Shown here: positions 7,208-16,369 of the stretch, one piece after another
How the letters are laid out: the number at the start of each line of letters is the position of its first letter
Position numbering within the stretch: position 1 is the stretch's first letter
Source: a virus
Length of the DNA: 39,860 nt
IMG/VR virus record: IMGVR_UViG_3300045988_157278
Reading direction: 5' to 3' (one strand)
Position numbers and translations under genes: made by a program
The notes under the pieces: model-generated
Told to the model about the DNA's origin: nothing
What the model saw: the letters and a program-made list of their open reading frames with translations, nothing else
The model's database searches: none

Positions 7208-8113
7208 ATGAAGAAACACAACAGACAACGAGGCAGGCCATCGAAACAGCACTACCTCAACTATGATTATGAGAGAGCATATGACATACAAGCGAGCATG
7301 CTCTCTGAATCACAGATCGAACGTGCTTTGAAGGATGGGAAAATCAAATCAATATATGCAACAAAGTCTATCTACTCAGGGACGCAGCTGGAAGTCGAGA
7401 TATTCCCGGAATTTACAAAGAGATGCATGATACCGGCGGCAGGCAAAAGAAAACCAACGAAGGAAGAAATGCAAAACCTGAATGATAAGAACGCTAGGAA
7501 GAAGGTCATACGAATATTGAATACAAATTTCAGAAAGGGATTTTGGATAACGCATGGCTATGAGGACAGATTCCTTCCTGAGAGTATGGAGGAAGCATTA
7601 AAGGACATTCAAAATTATTTCCGGCGTGTAAATCGTTTGCTCAAGAAAAAAGGAATGGAACGTGCAAAGTATCTTTACGTAACAGAATGGGAGGAGGATA
7701 TCCGCTGTCACCATCATTTTGTAATTGATTGTGGGTTAACAATGGATGAACTCAACAGGCTGTGGACGAAAGGAAAAAGAAGCGAGCTGCGTCCTATTGA
7801 CTATGACGAAAACGGATTGACTGGAATGGCGAACTATATCACGAAGAAGCCGCGTGGAAAGCGCCGCTGGAACACCAGCAAGGGTAATCTGAAACAGCCG
7901 ACCATCCGGAAGAATCACTCAACGTTTAAACGTAAGCATGCAAGAGCGATGAAAGAGGACTTTTCCACGATTGAGCGGATGCTTAAACAAGAATACAAAG
8001 GCTATGTGTTTAAGGATGCACAGGTCTTTGTGAATCAAGTAAATGCAGGGATATACATATATGCGCAGCTGCGTAAATGGGACCCGATAAAGGATGGCGA
8101 TAACAGTGCGTGA
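7208..8113 (+). CDS. rolling-circle replication initiator (HUH endonuclease superfamily Rep)
   Basis: Motif I-like YLYVTEW, motif II HUH in IRCHHHFVIDCG, and motif III catalytic Tyr in GMANYITKK. Spacing is typical of RCR Reps. Confidence 0.55.
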   Translation: MKKHNRQRGRPSKQHYLNYDYERAYDIQASMLSESQIERALKDGKIKSIYATKSIYSGTQLEVEIFPEFTKRCMIPAAGKRKPTKEEMQNLNDKNARKKVIRILNTNFRKGFWITHGYEDRFLPESMEEALKDIQNYFRRVNRLLKKKGMERAKYLYVTEWEEDIRCHHHFVIDCGLTMDELNRLWTKGKRSELRPIDYDENGLTGMANYITKKPRGKRRWNTSKGNLKQPTIRKNHSTFKRKHARAMKEDFSTIERMLKQEYKGYVFKDAQVFVNQVNAGIYIYAQLRKWDPIKDGDNSA

Positions 8114-8120
8114 AAATGTA

Positions 8121-8264
8121 ATGCGAAAGTGCAGCATGTGCGGCGAATACAAGCCGGAAAGTAATTTTAGATTCATGAAAACACAAAAACGGTATAATGC
8201 GTATTGCAAAGAATGTGAACGCTGGTATAACGCGAATTATAAGCGGCTCAGGCGGGAACGATAG
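8121..8264 (+). CDS. small zinc-ribbon protein (CxxC...CxxC)
   Basis: 47-aa ORF KCSMCGEY...YCKECERW directly after rep. No clear RBS. Confidence 0.3.
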   Translation: MRKCSMCGEYKPESNFRFMKTQKRYNAYCKECERWYNANYKRLRRER

Positions 8265-8445
8265 ACATCCCATAAAAAAGCTTTAACAGAAATCAATCAG
8301 TAAATAAAAACGGTATCATCCATCCATGTGTTGAGCAAGACAACGACCCTATTTCATGCAGGAAAAGTTGATAAAAAGGCAAATGCTCGCACAGGTACAT
8401 GCGGGAAGGGAGGGCAGTTTCACGCATGGATGGAGGGCATCAAAT

Positions 8446-8763
8446 ATGGATCTAAAAGAAATAGAAAAGCTATTGAAAAAGAAAGCGATCATGTATAAGA
8501 AGTCATATGACGAAAGCGAGGTATCCATTGGAAGATATCCAAAATATATTATCGTTTATATGGCAGATATAGATTACACTCTACCTGATTATCCCCATAC
8601 AGGATTGTTTTACTGGATAGTATCGTGGAATGACTGGGAGAAAAGCTCAACACCTAAAAGGAATCAGGCTTATACACCAGCAGAAGCAATAAAAATCATA
8701 AAGCAAGCTATGCAAGAGCTTGGCATATCAAAGAACACAATACAAGAGACACTGTTTTTTTGA
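8446..8763 (+). CDS. hypothetical protein (105 aa)
   Basis: ORF with RBS GGATGGAGGG 8 nt upstream of the ATG at 8446. The track start at 8356 lies further upstream in the same frame. Confidence 0.5.
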   Translation: MDLKEIEKLLKKKAIMYKKSYDESEVSIGRYPKYIIVYMADIDYTLPDYPHTGLFYWIVSWNDWEKSSTPKRNQAYTPAEAIKIIKQAMQELGISKNTIQETLFF

Positions 8764-8774
8764 AAGGAGAAGAA

Positions 8775-9656
8775 ATGAAAAAAGTAATCAATCAAGCAAT
8801 TACAGAACATTACGCATTATATAACGGAGATTCCTGCGAAGTGATGCAGGGTTTACCAGACGAATCGATAGACTATTCAATTTTTAGTCCACCTTTCGAG
8901 GATCTGTACACTTATAGTGACAGCCCGAGAGATTTAGGCAACTGCCGCAGTACAGAAGAGTTTTACAAACAGTTTGGTTATATCGTAGCTGAACTATTCC
9001 GGATAACCAAACCTGGTAGATTGGTCAGCATCCACTGCATGGACCTTCCTACAACAAAGGCAAGTGATGGATTTATTGGTTTACGAGATTTTCCGGGCAT
9101 ATTGAGAGAGTTATTTCAGGATTATGGATTTTACTACCATAGCAAAATCACGATTTGGAAAGATCCGGTGGTTGCTATGCAGCGAACGAAACATATCGGA
9201 TTGTTGCACAAGCAGTTAAAAAAAGATAGCGCTATGAGCCGTCAGGGCATTGCTGATTACATCGTTACGATGAGGAAACCGGGAGAAAACAAAGAACCGA
9301 TAACGCACACGAATGAATCATTTCCGGTAAGCAAATGGCAGGAATATGCATCGCCGGTATGGATGAACATCCGACAGAGCAACACTCTCAATCGTACATC
9401 AGCGAGGGAAGAACGAGACGAAAAGCATATATGCCCTTTGCAGTTAGATGTTATAGAGCGATGCATTGAACTGTGGACAAATCCAGGGGATACAGTGTTT
9501 ACTCCATTCTTGGGTATCGGATCAGAAGCGTACCAGTCCATAAAGATGCACCGTAAGGCTGTAGGGATAGAATTGAAAGAATCATATTTTGAGCAGGCAG
9601 TGAAAAATTGTGAACGTGCTGCAAACGCAGAAGAACAGCTGGAGTTTTTTATTTGA
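8775..9656 (+). CDS. DNA methyltransferase, beta-class N4-cytosine or N6-adenine
   Basis: Motif IV SPPF (DYSIFSPPFEDLY) precedes motif I FxGxG (TVFTPFLGIGSE). This circularly permuted order is that of beta-class amino-methyltransferases. RBS AAGGAGAAG. Confidence 0.85.
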   Translation: MKKVINQAITEHYALYNGDSCEVMQGLPDESIDYSIFSPPFEDLYTYSDSPRDLGNCRSTEEFYKQFGYIVAELFRITKPGRLVSIHCMDLPTTKASDGFIGLRDFPGILRELFQDYGFYYHSKITIWKDPVVAMQRTKHIGLLHKQLKKDSAMSRQGIADYIVTMRKPGENKEPITHTNESFPVSKWQEYASPVWMNIRQSNTLNRTSAREERDEKHICPLQLDVIERCIELWTNPGDTVFTPFLGIGSEAYQSIKMHRKAVGIELKESYFEQAVKNCERAANAEEQLEFFI

Positions 9657-9668
9657 AGGTGATGAAGA

Positions 9669-11054
9669 ATGACATACGAAGAATTTTTAAAGACTAAAGA
9701 ATACACAATAGAACCATCTGGATTCACTGCAGAAAACCTCAATGAAAACCTATTTGACTATCAGCAAGCAATAACAAAATGGGCACTTAGAATTGGAAAA
9801 GCTGCATTATTTGAGGATACCGGGCTAGGCAAGACCATCCAGCAATTATCATGGGCGGATGCGGTTGCAAAACATACAGGAGGTACAGTGTTGATTCTTG
9901 CTCCCTTGGCGGTGTCAAAACAGACTGCACAGGAAGCTTCAAAGTTTGGAATTACTTGTAATCTGGCAGAAGGTCAGGAAGACATAAAACCAGGTATCAA
10001 TATCACCAATTATGAGAAGATACATAAATTCGATACAGACAGCTTTTCCGGCGTTGTCCTAGATGAAAGTTCGATTTTGAAATCGTACGCAGGGAAAACA
10101 ACAAAAGACATGCAGGAACGTTTTGCTTACACACCATACAAATTATGCTGCACAGCAACACCAAGCCCTAACGATTATACCGAGATTGGGACTACAGCGG
10201 AGTTTCTCGGTGTCATGCCACGTAGCGAAATGTTAGCGACATTCTTCATCAACGATTCAATCAAGAAAAAAGGAAAGAATGATCGTATCGGGTGGCGCCT
10301 GAAACGTCATGCGGAAAAAGAGTTCTTCCGCTGGATGGCAACATGGAGCATGATGATCAAATCACCGGCAGACCTTGGATATAATGGAGAAAAATTTGTA
10401 TTGCCGAAACTGCATGTAAAAGCAAACATATTAAAAAGTGAGCCAGATGCAGAGAGCTTATTTGTGGAGTATGCAGAAACGCTGCAAGAGAGGAGAGAAG
10501 CACGAAAGCAAAGCCTTGATGAAAGAGTGGAAATGGCAAAGAATATCGCTCGGACAAAAGAGAATTGCTTGATATGGTGCGATTATAACAATGAGAGTAC
10601 CGCATTGCATAAGGCTATACGTGAATCCGTGGAGGTAAAAGGATCTGATACGCCAGAACATAAAGAAAAAGCTATGATGGGATTTGCATCTGGAGACGTG
10701 AAGTATCTCGTAACGAAACCTTCCATCTGTGGATTTGGAATGAACTGGCAGAACTGCCATGACATGATATTCTGTGGGTTGTCTGACAGCTACGAACAGT
10801 TTTATCAGGCAATACGCAGGTGCTATCGTTTTGGCCAAAAGCATGAAGTGAATGTGCATGTCATTATCTCAGAAAAAGAAATGAATGTATTAAATAATAT
10901 CAAGCGAAAACAAGCGGACCATGAACGTATGAGTGCCGAAATGGTAAAGGTCATGAGTGAAAGTGCAAAAGTAGAATTGTTTGGTCAACAACGTGAAAAG
11001 ACTGACTATATCCCGGAAATCGCTATGGAGGTGCCATTATGGTTTCCGTTTTAG
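9669..11054 (+). CDS. SNF2-family (DEAD-like) helicase
   Basis: Walker A FEDTGLGKT, motif II VVLDESS, motif III TATPSPN, and SNF2 motif VI QAIRRCYRFGQ. Confidence 0.8.
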   Translation: MTYEEFLKTKEYTIEPSGFTAENLNENLFDYQQAITKWALRIGKAALFEDTGLGKTIQQLSWADAVAKHTGGTVLILAPLAVSKQTAQEASKFGITCNLAEGQEDIKPGINITNYEKIHKFDTDSFSGVVLDESSILKSYAGKTTKDMQERFAYTPYKLCCTATPSPNDYTEIGTTAEFLGVMPRSEMLATFFINDSIKKKGKNDRIGWRLKRHAEKEFFRWMATWSMMIKSPADLGYNGEKFVLPKLHVKANILKSEPDAESLFVEYAETLQERREARKQSLDERVEMAKNIARTKENCLIWCDYNNESTALHKAIRESVEVKGSDTPEHKEKAMMGFASGDVKYLVTKPSICGFGMNWQNCHDMIFCGLSDSYEQFYQAIRRCYRFGQKHEVNVHVIISEKEMNVLNNIKRKQADHERMSAEMVKVMSESAKVELFGQQREKTDYIPEIAMEVPLWFPF

Positions 11055-11245
11055 AAAAACGAGAAAAATCTATAATCGCAGGTCATGCATTGGTCAAAGT
11101 GGAAGAAATATTGAAACAGTGTGGGCTTGAGAATGTGCTTGTGAACGTTGAATTGAACGGAGACAGGAAGGATTATGTTGTTTTAGACGAATTGAAAGAT
11201 GCAATCAGATTGCTTCACAAAGGAGATCGAAGGAAAGAGCAGTGA
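11039..11245 (+). CDS. hypothetical protein (68 aa)
   Basis: ORF overlapping the helicase 3' end by 16 nt. No strong RBS. Confidence 0.3.
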   Translation: MVSVLEKREKSIIAGHALVKVEEILKQCGLENVLVNVELNGDRKDYVVLDELKDAIRLLHKGDRRKEQ

Positions 11246-11345
11246 AAAACATTTTATAAGTATGTGAAACCGATATATGACAAATCGGTACAACGAAGCA
11301 GCTCACCTGACGATTTTAACCGTTTGAAAATAAAGGAGGGAAGAA

Positions 11346-11804
11346 ATGCGCTACAAAGTAACATGGACAATGTATTTTACAGACAGCAATATACCGGATG
11401 CAATAGCTGTTGCTATCGTTGAAGCTGCATCAGTGAGCAAGGCACGCTATGCAGCATATAAGCAGATGATTCCGGATAGAGGATACCGTTTTGAATGGTT
11501 TATTAACGAGACAGAAGTTGAAAAGGAGAGTGAACAAATGATACATAAATTGAAAATCTTACCTCAGTATTTTGAAGATAAGCTGCAAGGTATGAAAAAA
11601 TGGGAAGTCCGCAAAAATGACCGTCCATTTAAAGACGGGGACACTTTACAATTAGAAGAATGGAGTGAAGAAACAGGATATACCGGAAGGCTGCTGCAGG
11701 AATATATAAAGAAGATATATACGGAAGCACCCGGAATCAAAGAAGGATATATCATTATGAATACAGAATATATCTCAGCAAGTTATAAAACGAGAGGAGA
11801 GTGA
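11346..11804 (+). CDS. ASCH (PUA-like) domain protein
   Basis: C-terminal KLKILPQYFEDKLQGMKKWEVRKNDRPFKDGDTLQLEEW matches the ASCH/DUF3850 pattern. Strong RBS AAGGAGGGAAG. An internal ATG at 11536 also has a good RBS. Confidence 0.6.
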   Translation: MRYKVTWTMYFTDSNIPDAIAVAIVEAASVSKARYAAYKQMIPDRGYRFEWFINETEVEKESEQMIHKLKILPQYFEDKLQGMKKWEVRKNDRPFKDGDTLQLEEWSEETGYTGRLLQEYIKKIYTEAPGIKEGYIIMNTEYISASYKTRGE

Positions 11805-11810
11805 AGGATC

Positions 11811-12017
11811 TTGAAAGTACATATTGAAAAAGATATTTACATCCCATCCGGCATCTATTGCGCACAGTGCAGTAAAAAAAAGACAGATATCCAAGGAAAC
11901 GCGTATTGCGATGAATTTGGAGACTGGATTCATACATCGAATGATGGCACCGGCAGAATCGTGAAATGTGTAAGCTGTTTTAAAGCAATGCAACGGCAGA
12001 TCACAGGAAAGAGATAA
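11811..12017 (+). CDS. Cys-rich small protein (CxxC...CxxC)
   Basis: The only possible start is the TTG at 11811, directly after the upstream TGA and in the same frame. No internal ATG. Confidence 0.35.
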   Translation: MKVHIEKDIYIPSGIYCAQCSKKKTDIQGNAYCDEFGDWIHTSNDGTGRIVKCVSCFKAMQRQITGKR

Positions 12018-12021
12018 TGAT

Positions 12022-12285
12022 ATGCAGATAGATTTCAATATCCCGGTACGCTGCCCTTTCTGCGGTGTTTGGGTAGAAGATAAGTTTTCCGTTAGTATAC
12101 GTGAGGACACTACCAAAATGCTGCAGTGCCGCTGCGGAAAGAGCTTCTATGTGCGACGGGAAATTTCGGCTAAAGTAAAACTGTATCCGGTGAATTATTT
12201 TGAAACGAACGGAAGATCGGGAGCTGGCTTCCGGATGGACCAGCAGAAAGGATATGAAGATGATCGTAAGAAAAGAGCAAAGTAA
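12022..12285 (+). CDS. zinc-ribbon protein (CPFCG...CRCG)
   Basis: 87-aa ORF with two CxxC pairs. Confidence 0.5.
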   Translation: MQIDFNIPVRCPFCGVWVEDKFSVSIREDTTKMLQCRCGKSFYVRREISAKVKLYPVNYFETNGRSGAGFRMDQQKGYEDDRKKRAK

Positions 12286-12841
12286 AACGTTTTATAAGTA
12301 TCTTAAGCTGATATATGACATATTGGCCACTGAAACAAGCGGCTACGCATTGTATATCCATGAAGGAAGGTTATACTTTACGACTTATGCAATGGGTGGA
12401 AAGCTGTCCATCAGCTGCTCTGGCGTAGAAGTATATGACGAATTATGCAAAGAGCCGGGAGCGTATGAGATACGTATGACGCCACACAAGGATTTTGAGA
12501 TATCAAAACTGCCAGAAAGTAAAGTTACGGAGGATATGAAAAACATTTTTAAACATGCAACCATAGGGCTGGAAGAAAAAAACCATTTATGTGAGATCAA
12601 TAGTAATTGTTCCAGTGTGATCGCAAATATCGCAAGAAAATCAAAACTGCGTATAAAGGACCGATATCTAAAGGTAATGAAAAAACTGCAGGACTTTGAT
12701 GTAAGCATGAATAAGGATTTCATCATTTGTACAAAAGCAGAAGCAGTTGACAAAGAAAACCTGCAGGTAGTCCTCATCATGTACTTTTGGTGCGAGGATG
12801 TTCAGGACGAATACGACCAGGACAAGCTGGAAATGGATTAG
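12260..12841 (+). CDS. hypothetical protein (193 aa)
   Basis: ATG at 12260 with RBS AAAGGA 7 nt upstream. The longer track ORF starts inside the previous gene. Confidence 0.5.
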   Translation: MIVRKEQSKTFYKYLKLIYDILATETSGYALYIHEGRLYFTTYAMGGKLSISCSGVEVYDELCKEPGAYEIRMTPHKDFEISKLPESKVTEDMKNIFKHATIGLEEKNHLCEINSNCSSVIANIARKSKLRIKDRYLKVMKKLQDFDVSMNKDFIICTKAEAVDKENLQVVLIMYFWCEDVQDEYDQDKLEMD

Positions 12842-12853
12842 GAGGTGGAGCAG

Positions 12854-13075
12854 ATGCTGATCAGGATAATAAAAGAGCTGCGTGACCTGCCGGAGTACAA
12901 GCGGCCGATGCGAGGAAAAGTATATGAAACGCTGGACCAGATATCAGGGAGATATAATGCACAGGAAAACTGTCGCAAGATTATCATAGTGAATGGTCAC
13001 AAGGTGTCTGTACATCGGGAAGAATATGAGCCGACCCAGAAGATAAGAAGGAGGAAGAGTAATGAAGGAGGATAG
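12854..13075 (+). CDS. hypothetical protein (73 aa)
   Basis: RBS AGGAGGTGG then the ATG at 12854. Confidence 0.45.
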   Translation: MLIRIIKELRDLPEYKRPMRGKVYETLDQISGRYNAQENCRKIIIVNGHKVSVHREEYEPTQKIRRRKSNEGG

Positions 13076-13274
13076 AATAAAGCCATGTCCATTCTGTGAT
13101 GGTATAGTAAAAGTCATAAAGTCACCTATCGGAGTAATTTTCTTTAAATGCGAAGAATGTGGATGTATCGTATCCTTTGATACGAAGAAATGCAACAAAC
13201 ATCCGGAAAAAGCGATCGAAGCTTTCAATAGGAGGGTGAGAAATGACGAAAGAAGGAATGCGCCGGTCTGTTGA
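13062..13274 (+). CDS. Lar-family restriction-alleviation-like zinc-ribbon protein
   Basis: KPCPFCDG...FKCEECGC...AIEAFNRRV matches the Lar pattern (CPFCG...C..C...AIEAWNRR). RBS AGGAGGA. Confidence 0.55.
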   Translation: MKEDRIKPCPFCDGIVKVIKSPIGVIFFKCEECGCIVSFDTKKCNKHPEKAIEAFNRRVRNDERRNAPVC

Positions 13275-14094
13275 CAACTTTATCATAAAGGAACGCGAAG
13301 CTGAGAAAAGCAGGAACACGGTGCGCCATTATGCGCATGTGCTGAATATGCTGTATGACTTCCTGCCGGAAGGTGAATTGATCAAGACCGGTATCATTGA
13401 TTTCAAGGAGCATCTATTGGAATCCGGATTTGAACCTTCCACCGTGCAGAATTACATCGTGATTGTAAATAAATGGCTGAAATACGCAAAGTTGAAACGC
13501 TTAACAGTCACAAATATAAAGGTCCAGGGAAAGGCATCGTTGGAAGAGGAGGAACTGCTCACACCGGAGGATTTCATGCGGCTCCTGCGGCAGGCGAAAC
13601 GCATGGGATATAAGCAATACTACATGATAATGGAGATCATGGGCTACACAGGCATACGGCTGTCAGAGCTGCAATATTTTACAGTAGAAAATATCCAGAA
13701 GCCCAAGCTGCTCGTGCACAATAAAGGCAAGATACGGACCATCATCATGCCAACAGCACTAAAAAGGAAGCTGCGTAAATACATCGAAGAACAAGGAATC
13801 GAATCAGGTTATATCTTCCCCGGGAAGAAAGAGGGAACGATGCTGCATCCAACGACGGTGTACAAAAACATCCGTAAGATTGCAGCTGCGGCCAAGATAA
13901 AAAAGACGAAGGCGCATCCGCATGCCTTCCGACACCTGTTTGCAATCAAATACATCGAACAGGGTGGACAGCCAAGTGACCTTGCGGACATCCTGGGGCA
14001 TAGTCAGCTTGAGACGACAGCAATCTATACGCGAACGACCGATAAGATGAAAAAAATACAGGTAGAGAAGATCAACTACCGGAATAGGAGGTAA
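13243..14094 (+). CDS. second tyrosine recombinase, XerC/D-like short form
   Basis: R in TGIRLSELQYF, HxxR in HAFRHLF and Y in TTAIYTRT. It lies inside the replication module, not next to int. Confidence 0.75.
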   Translation: MTKEGMRRSVDNFIIKEREAEKSRNTVRHYAHVLNMLYDFLPEGELIKTGIIDFKEHLLESGFEPSTVQNYIVIVNKWLKYAKLKRLTVTNIKVQGKASLEEEELLTPEDFMRLLRQAKRMGYKQYYMIMEIMGYTGIRLSELQYFTVENIQKPKLLVHNKGKIRTIIMPTALKRKLRKYIEEQGIESGYIFPGKKEGTMLHPTTVYKNIRKIAAAAKIKKTKAHPHAFRHLFAIKYIEQGGQPSDLADILGHSQLETTAIYTRTTDKMKKIQVEKINYRNRR

Positions 14095-14097
14095 CCA

Positions 14098-14358
14098 ATG
14101 CCGGGGAAATTAGAAATCGACATCAAAGGAAAGGGTGCGTACGACATTGCGGGTTCAAACTTTGGAAATATGATGCCATCGGAATATGTAGAGCTGGCCG
14201 CAGCGTTCACAGCGGCAGCAGCCGGAAAAAGTGGTGTGCCATTCAGCGATATCATGATGTTGATACAAAGAAGAGCACAATATCTGTACGCACAGAACCA
14301 ACTGGATATCATGGATGAAAAAGTCCAGAAAGGTCTGAAAAAAACTCCAAAAGTATGA
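14098..14358 (+). CDS. hypothetical protein (86 aa)
   Basis: Strong RBS AGGAGGT before the ATG. Confidence 0.5.
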   Translation: MPGKLEIDIKGKGAYDIAGSNFGNMMPSEYVELAAAFTAAAAGKSGVPFSDIMMLIQRRAQYLYAQNQLDIMDEKVQKGLKKTPKV

Positions 14359-14470
14359 AGGTGGCGAAAAGTGAAGAAAAGCCTTTGTTTATAGGCTTAT
14401 CAGAAGGAAAAACCAATCTTTATAATATGGGGTTATATTGATTGGTATACAGGGTAAAGGAGAGCGGAAA

Positions 14471-14782
14471 ATGAACGAATATCAAGAATCACTGAACACG
14501 ATTAAAAGATGCTGTGAGGAAAGAGATGGATGCTGCTGCTCAAGTGTAGAGAGACTACAGGAGCTGATTCATCATTGCGAAGCACTAGATAAACGGTTTG
14601 CTGATCAGCATAACACAGATGAGTTTCAGCATTTTAAATTGCATAGTGATAGCACATTAAAGTCGCTAAAAAAGGACGAGCTTATAAGCTATATTCATAT
14701 GCTTTACCATAACTGGAGTGCAACGGATGAATCATATTATAATGTGATGGCATATGCTAAAAAACTACAGGATGGAAAGTAA
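14471..14782 (+). CDS. Cys-rich hypothetical protein. Paralog of 14848-15195.
   Basis: RBS AAAGGAGAGCGGAAA then ATG (MNEYQE...). The same RBS string recurs at 14811-14826. Confidence 0.5.
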   Translation: MNEYQESLNTIKRCCEERDGCCCSSVERLQELIHHCEALDKRFADQHNTDEFQHFKLHSDSTLKSLKKDELISYIHMLYHNWSATDESYYNVMAYAKKLQDGK

Positions 14783-14847
14783 TCGCATGGCAGGAGCTGC
14801 CGGAAACGTACAAAGGAGAGCGGAAAGATGCTGAAAAAGCTTAGATC

Positions 14848-15195
14848 ATGGATAACACAGAAAGGGAACAGGCTATGAATGAATATCAAGAGTTATATGA
14901 AGGTATCGAACTGATGTGCCTATGCACAGATACATACGAAGATGCGGAAGAATATCTGAAATCATTAAGAGAGTTAATTGAACATTACATAGTGTTGGAA
15001 GATGCATTCACAAGAGCATGCGAACATATCAAATATGAGAATGCAGAAGGAAAGATGGACGATACATCTGCATGTCCAAAATCCATATATGCCTTCACAC
15101 CAAACCGCTGCAGGAAAGATAAATGCAGGATGTCAAACGAGAAGTGCTGGAAAGAGTGGTTTTTATACCTGGCAAAACAGAAAAATCGGAAATGA
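14848..15195 (+). CDS. Cys-rich hypothetical protein. Paralog of 14471-14782.
   Basis: The N-terminus contains MNEYQE as in the previous gene. An alternative start is at 14875. Confidence 0.5.
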   Translation: MDNTEREQAMNEYQELYEGIELMCLCTDTYEDAEEYLKSLRELIEHYIVLEDAFTRACEHIKYENAEGKMDDTSACPKSIYAFTPNRCRKDKCRMSNEKCWKEWFLYLAKQKNRK

Positions 15196-15345
15196 AAAAG
15201 TTTGCACATATTTTTTGATAAAGAACACCGTAAAATGAGCGTAAAGCCTTTATACATCAGCTAATACTTACATCATAAGGCACCTGAAAATACGTTACAG
15301 TTTTATAGTGTATGTAACATATTTAAAGAGGAGGAAACAAGGAAA

Positions 15346-15576
15346 ATGACACTGGAAAAAGCACTGGAAATATCGCAAAACATCATCGTTGAGAAAACAA
15401 CTTATCTCAATACACTGGAATACGAAGCCCAGCGGATGAAGGAAACGGATCTGCATGCTGCATCGATTGAAGCAGAATTGAAAAAGACCAGAGAAGAGAT
15501 TGCGGCAATGGAGATTGTCAATGGAAGGCTGCAGGTATACAGGAATGTTGCACAACAGGAGGGAGTAAGACGATGA
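15346..15576 (+). CDS. hypothetical protein (76 aa)
   Basis: RBS AGAGGAGGAAA. Confidence 0.5.
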   Translation: MTLEKALEISQNIIVEKTTYLNTLEYEAQRMKETDLHAASIEAELKKTREEIAAMEIVNGRLQVYRNVAQQEGVRR

Positions 15577-15881
15577 ATTATGATGAATTTAGAGATTCTC
15601 ATGATATGGAATTTCATGGGAAGCTATATAAGATAATGTTGAATCTATGCCAATATAGAGATAAGGAAACGAAAGTCAGCTGTATCAGAGCGGAGGTATA
15701 CGATGAGGAGAGCGAGGGGCTGAGAACGATTTACGCACCATGCACGGAATTTAAATTTCCGGAAAAGAAAGCTGCATGCAAAACATGCATCTATTACGCA
15801 AAAGGCTATTGCCATAAATTTGAAACTGCCATAAAAAAAGATGATGAAGCATGCGAATATTATGTTGAATGTGATGAATGA
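15573..15881 (+). CDS. Cys-rich hypothetical protein (102 aa)
   Basis: ATGA overlap with the previous gene. Contains eight Cys residues. Confidence 0.5.
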   Translation: MNYDEFRDSHDMEFHGKLYKIMLNLCQYRDKETKVSCIRAEVYDEESEGLRTIYAPCTEFKFPEKKAACKTCIYYAKGYCHKFETAIKKDDEACEYYVECDE

Positions 15882-16143
15882 TGTAATTACACCGGAAGAT
15901 GCTGTGGAGGAAGTACGCAGAATGTCGGATCCGGTAGTATATGTGCGTGTGCCATTTGATGAAATGGTGCTGATCACACGAAAATCTGGGTATGTAGAAT
16001 CATATGATGCGCTGCAGTTAACGAGAGAATGGCTACATACACCGGAAGATGTATTTATCCGGCAGTACGGTTTTAAATGGCAGCCGCCGGAAACATGCAT
16101 AAAAACGGTATTGGGAAAGGAAAGTAAAAAGTGGAAAGATTAA
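15841..16143 (+). CDS. hypothetical protein. Start uncertain (15841, 15862 or 15874).
   Basis: Continuous ORF overlapping the previous stop. No clear RBS. Confidence 0.4.
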   Translation: MMKHANIMLNVMNDVITPEDAVEEVRRMSDPVVYVRVPFDEMVLITRKSGYVESYDALQLTREWLHTPEDVFIRQYGFKWQPPETCIKTVLGKESKKWKD

Positions 16144-16358
16144 GAATATTGTCAAGGAACATGTTTATCATGATATTTACAGTGATTTATATCTACTCAT
16201 TGTATAAGGTTGTTAAGGACATTAAGTCATGGAACAAAGGCAGAGAGCAGCTGCCGCAACGGAAATTGGCATTGTCAACGCAGGCTATGGCTTTGCTCCA
16301 TGCTGCATTTGCCGTGGCTGCTCTGGTAACCTGGTTTTTGTGGGCGTTTGAAATATAA
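16131..16358 (+). CDS. small membrane protein (two TM helices)
   Basis: Hydrophobic segments FIMIFTVIYIYSLY and LLHAAFAVAALVTWFLWAF. GTG start. Confidence 0.4.
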   Translation: MERLRILSRNMFIMIFTVIYIYSLYKVVKDIKSWNKGREQLPQRKLALSTQAMALLHAAFAVAALVTWFLWAFEI

Positions 16359-16369
16359 GGAGGAACAAC

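Noticed and set aside
15002-15238. 78-aa plus-strand ORF overlapping 14848-15195 in another frame
   Set aside because: It is embedded in a better-supported ORF, has no RBS, and has a basic, low-complexity off-frame composition.
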